Positions 46,998 to 47,947 of a stretch of 47,947 nucleotides of DNA are shown piece after piece. This stretch comes from an uncultured Ruminococcus sp. GTDB taxonomy: Bacteria > Bacillota > Clostridia > Oscillospirales > Ruminococcaceae. Under the pieces are notes generated by a model. The model did not search any database. It was not told the DNA's origin and saw only the letters and a program-made list of their open reading frames with translations. Within the stretch, counting starts at the first letter, position 1; each line of letters opens with the position of its first letter. The stretch covers positions 1-47,947 of the forward strand of contig CAZTRH010000005.1 of NCBI GenBank assembly GCA_964616605.1. Reading direction: 5' to 3'. Made by a program: the position numbers and the translations under genes.

Positions 46998-47590
46998 CAC
47001 TTAAAACTTTCAAGCAAATCCGCACATCTTGCACGGCGGCATTTTTCCGCGCGGAAAACAGCCATAAGGTCATCAACAGCTTCTTCAAGATTATCGTTTA
47101 CAACAAGGTAATCGTAATCAGCAGCAGACTCAAACTCAACCTTCGCCTGTGAAATGCGCTTTTCAATAGTTTCTTCAGTTTCTGTTCCACGTCCGCGCAA
47201 ACGGCGTTCGAGTTCCTCCCAGCTTGGAGGAAGAATAAACACAAGGCAAGCGTCGGGGAACATTTTTTTGATGTTCAGCGCACCTTCAACCTCAATCTTA
47301 AGAACAGCATCTTTGCCTTTATCAAGCAAATCTTCAACGCTTTTCTTCAGAGTGCCATAATAGTTGCCACAGTATTCAGCATATTCAAGCACTTCTCCGC
47401 CATCGATAAGTAAAGAGAAATCTTCTTTTGTAAGAAAATGGTAATGCACTCCGTCAATCTCACCCTCACGAGGAGTACGGGTAGTCGCAGAAACAGCATA
47501 TCCTGCCGTATCAGTCTTTTTAAAAAGCTCATTCAATATAGTGTCCTTGCCGCAGCCTGCAGGCGCGGATACAACGAAAAGCAATGCCAT
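46997..47590 (-). CDS. gmk: Guanylate kinase
   Basis: SAPAGCGKDT, SATTRTPREGE, YYGT, FILPPS, RGTE. Confidence 0.97.
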   Translation of the reverse strand: MALLFVVSAPAGCGKDTILNELFKKTDTAGYAVSATTRTPREGEIDGVHYHFLTKEDFSLLIDGGEVLEYAEYCGNYYGTLKKSVEDLLDKGKDAVLKIEVEGALNIKKMFPDACLVFILPPSWEELERRLRGRGTETEETIEKRISQAKVEFESAADYDYLVVNDNLEEAVDDLMAVFRAEKCRRARCADLLESFK

Positions 47591-47671
47591 AAGAATACCT
47601 CCAAATACAAAAACATTTGCCGAAGTTCAAAGACTTGCAGCTGCTGTTAAATTCAGGAAATCGCCTTATTG

Positions 47672-47908
47672 TCAGACGTTTTCAAGCTTTCCCGTCAGTG
47701 TCTCAGGCTGAAGAGAGCTTAAAACAACATGACCGCTGTCGCAAATGATCACGCAGCGTGTTTTTCTTCCGCAGGTAGCGTCAATTGCTGCTCCGCTATC
47801 CTTAGCTGTCTGAACAATTCGTTTTACAGGGGCAGCCTCCGGACTTACCACGGCAACAATCCTGTCTGCATTTACCGCATTACCAAATCCAATATTAACC
47901 AATTTCAT
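47672..47908 (-). CDS. remA: RemA/YlzA (DUF370) family protein
   Basis: [26 protein letters not shown]; conserved position before gmk. Confidence 0.93.
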   Translation of the reverse strand: MKLVNIGFGNAVNADRIVAVVSPEAAPVKRIVQTAKDSGAAIDATCGRKTRCVIICDSGHVVLSSLQPETLTGKLENV

Positions 47909-47947
47909 AATCAATTCCCCACGATATTAAATAAACACTTTTAATTA

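Noticed and set aside
1-47947. CRISPR arrays, tRNA/rRNA, IS elements, prophage or defence systems
   Set aside because: No repeat-spacer pattern, structural RNA signature, transposase, integrase or defence-type motifs seen by eye; intergenic gaps are short.

Overview
Core-chromosome segment of a spore-forming, low-GC Firmicute. Gene content and order point to Clostridia, probably Ruminococcaceae/Oscillospiraceae (inference). Left part: a LytTR regulator and an ANTAR pseudo-response regulator divergent from gatCAB; a metallophosphoesterase-biotin ligase-CYTH operon; three small unknown genes; cysE-cysS (cysS split by a +1 frameshift); two tandem cyclophilin lipoproteins; a GerA-type germinant receptor operon. 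Middle: a four-gene VTC-domain/DUF4956/Cthe_2159-lipoprotein/hemolysin-III operon, then asp23-nusB-xseAB-ispA-DUF212-dxs-tlyA-nadK-argR-recN. A tiny bicistron missed by the ORF track (54-aa membrane peptide plus spoVM) follows. Right part: spoIIIAA-AH, an HD-GYP sensor with a methyltransferase remnant, and remA-gmk-priA-def-def-fmt-rsmB-rlmN-stp-pknB-rsgA-thiN. No rRNA, tRNA, CRISPR array, transposase, integrase or phage gene was seen. The best candidate for an uncharacterised system is the VTC operon. The T-box-less cysE leader terminator and the TTT-TGA-C break in cysS come next. All family calls come from reading motifs by eye; no database search was run.
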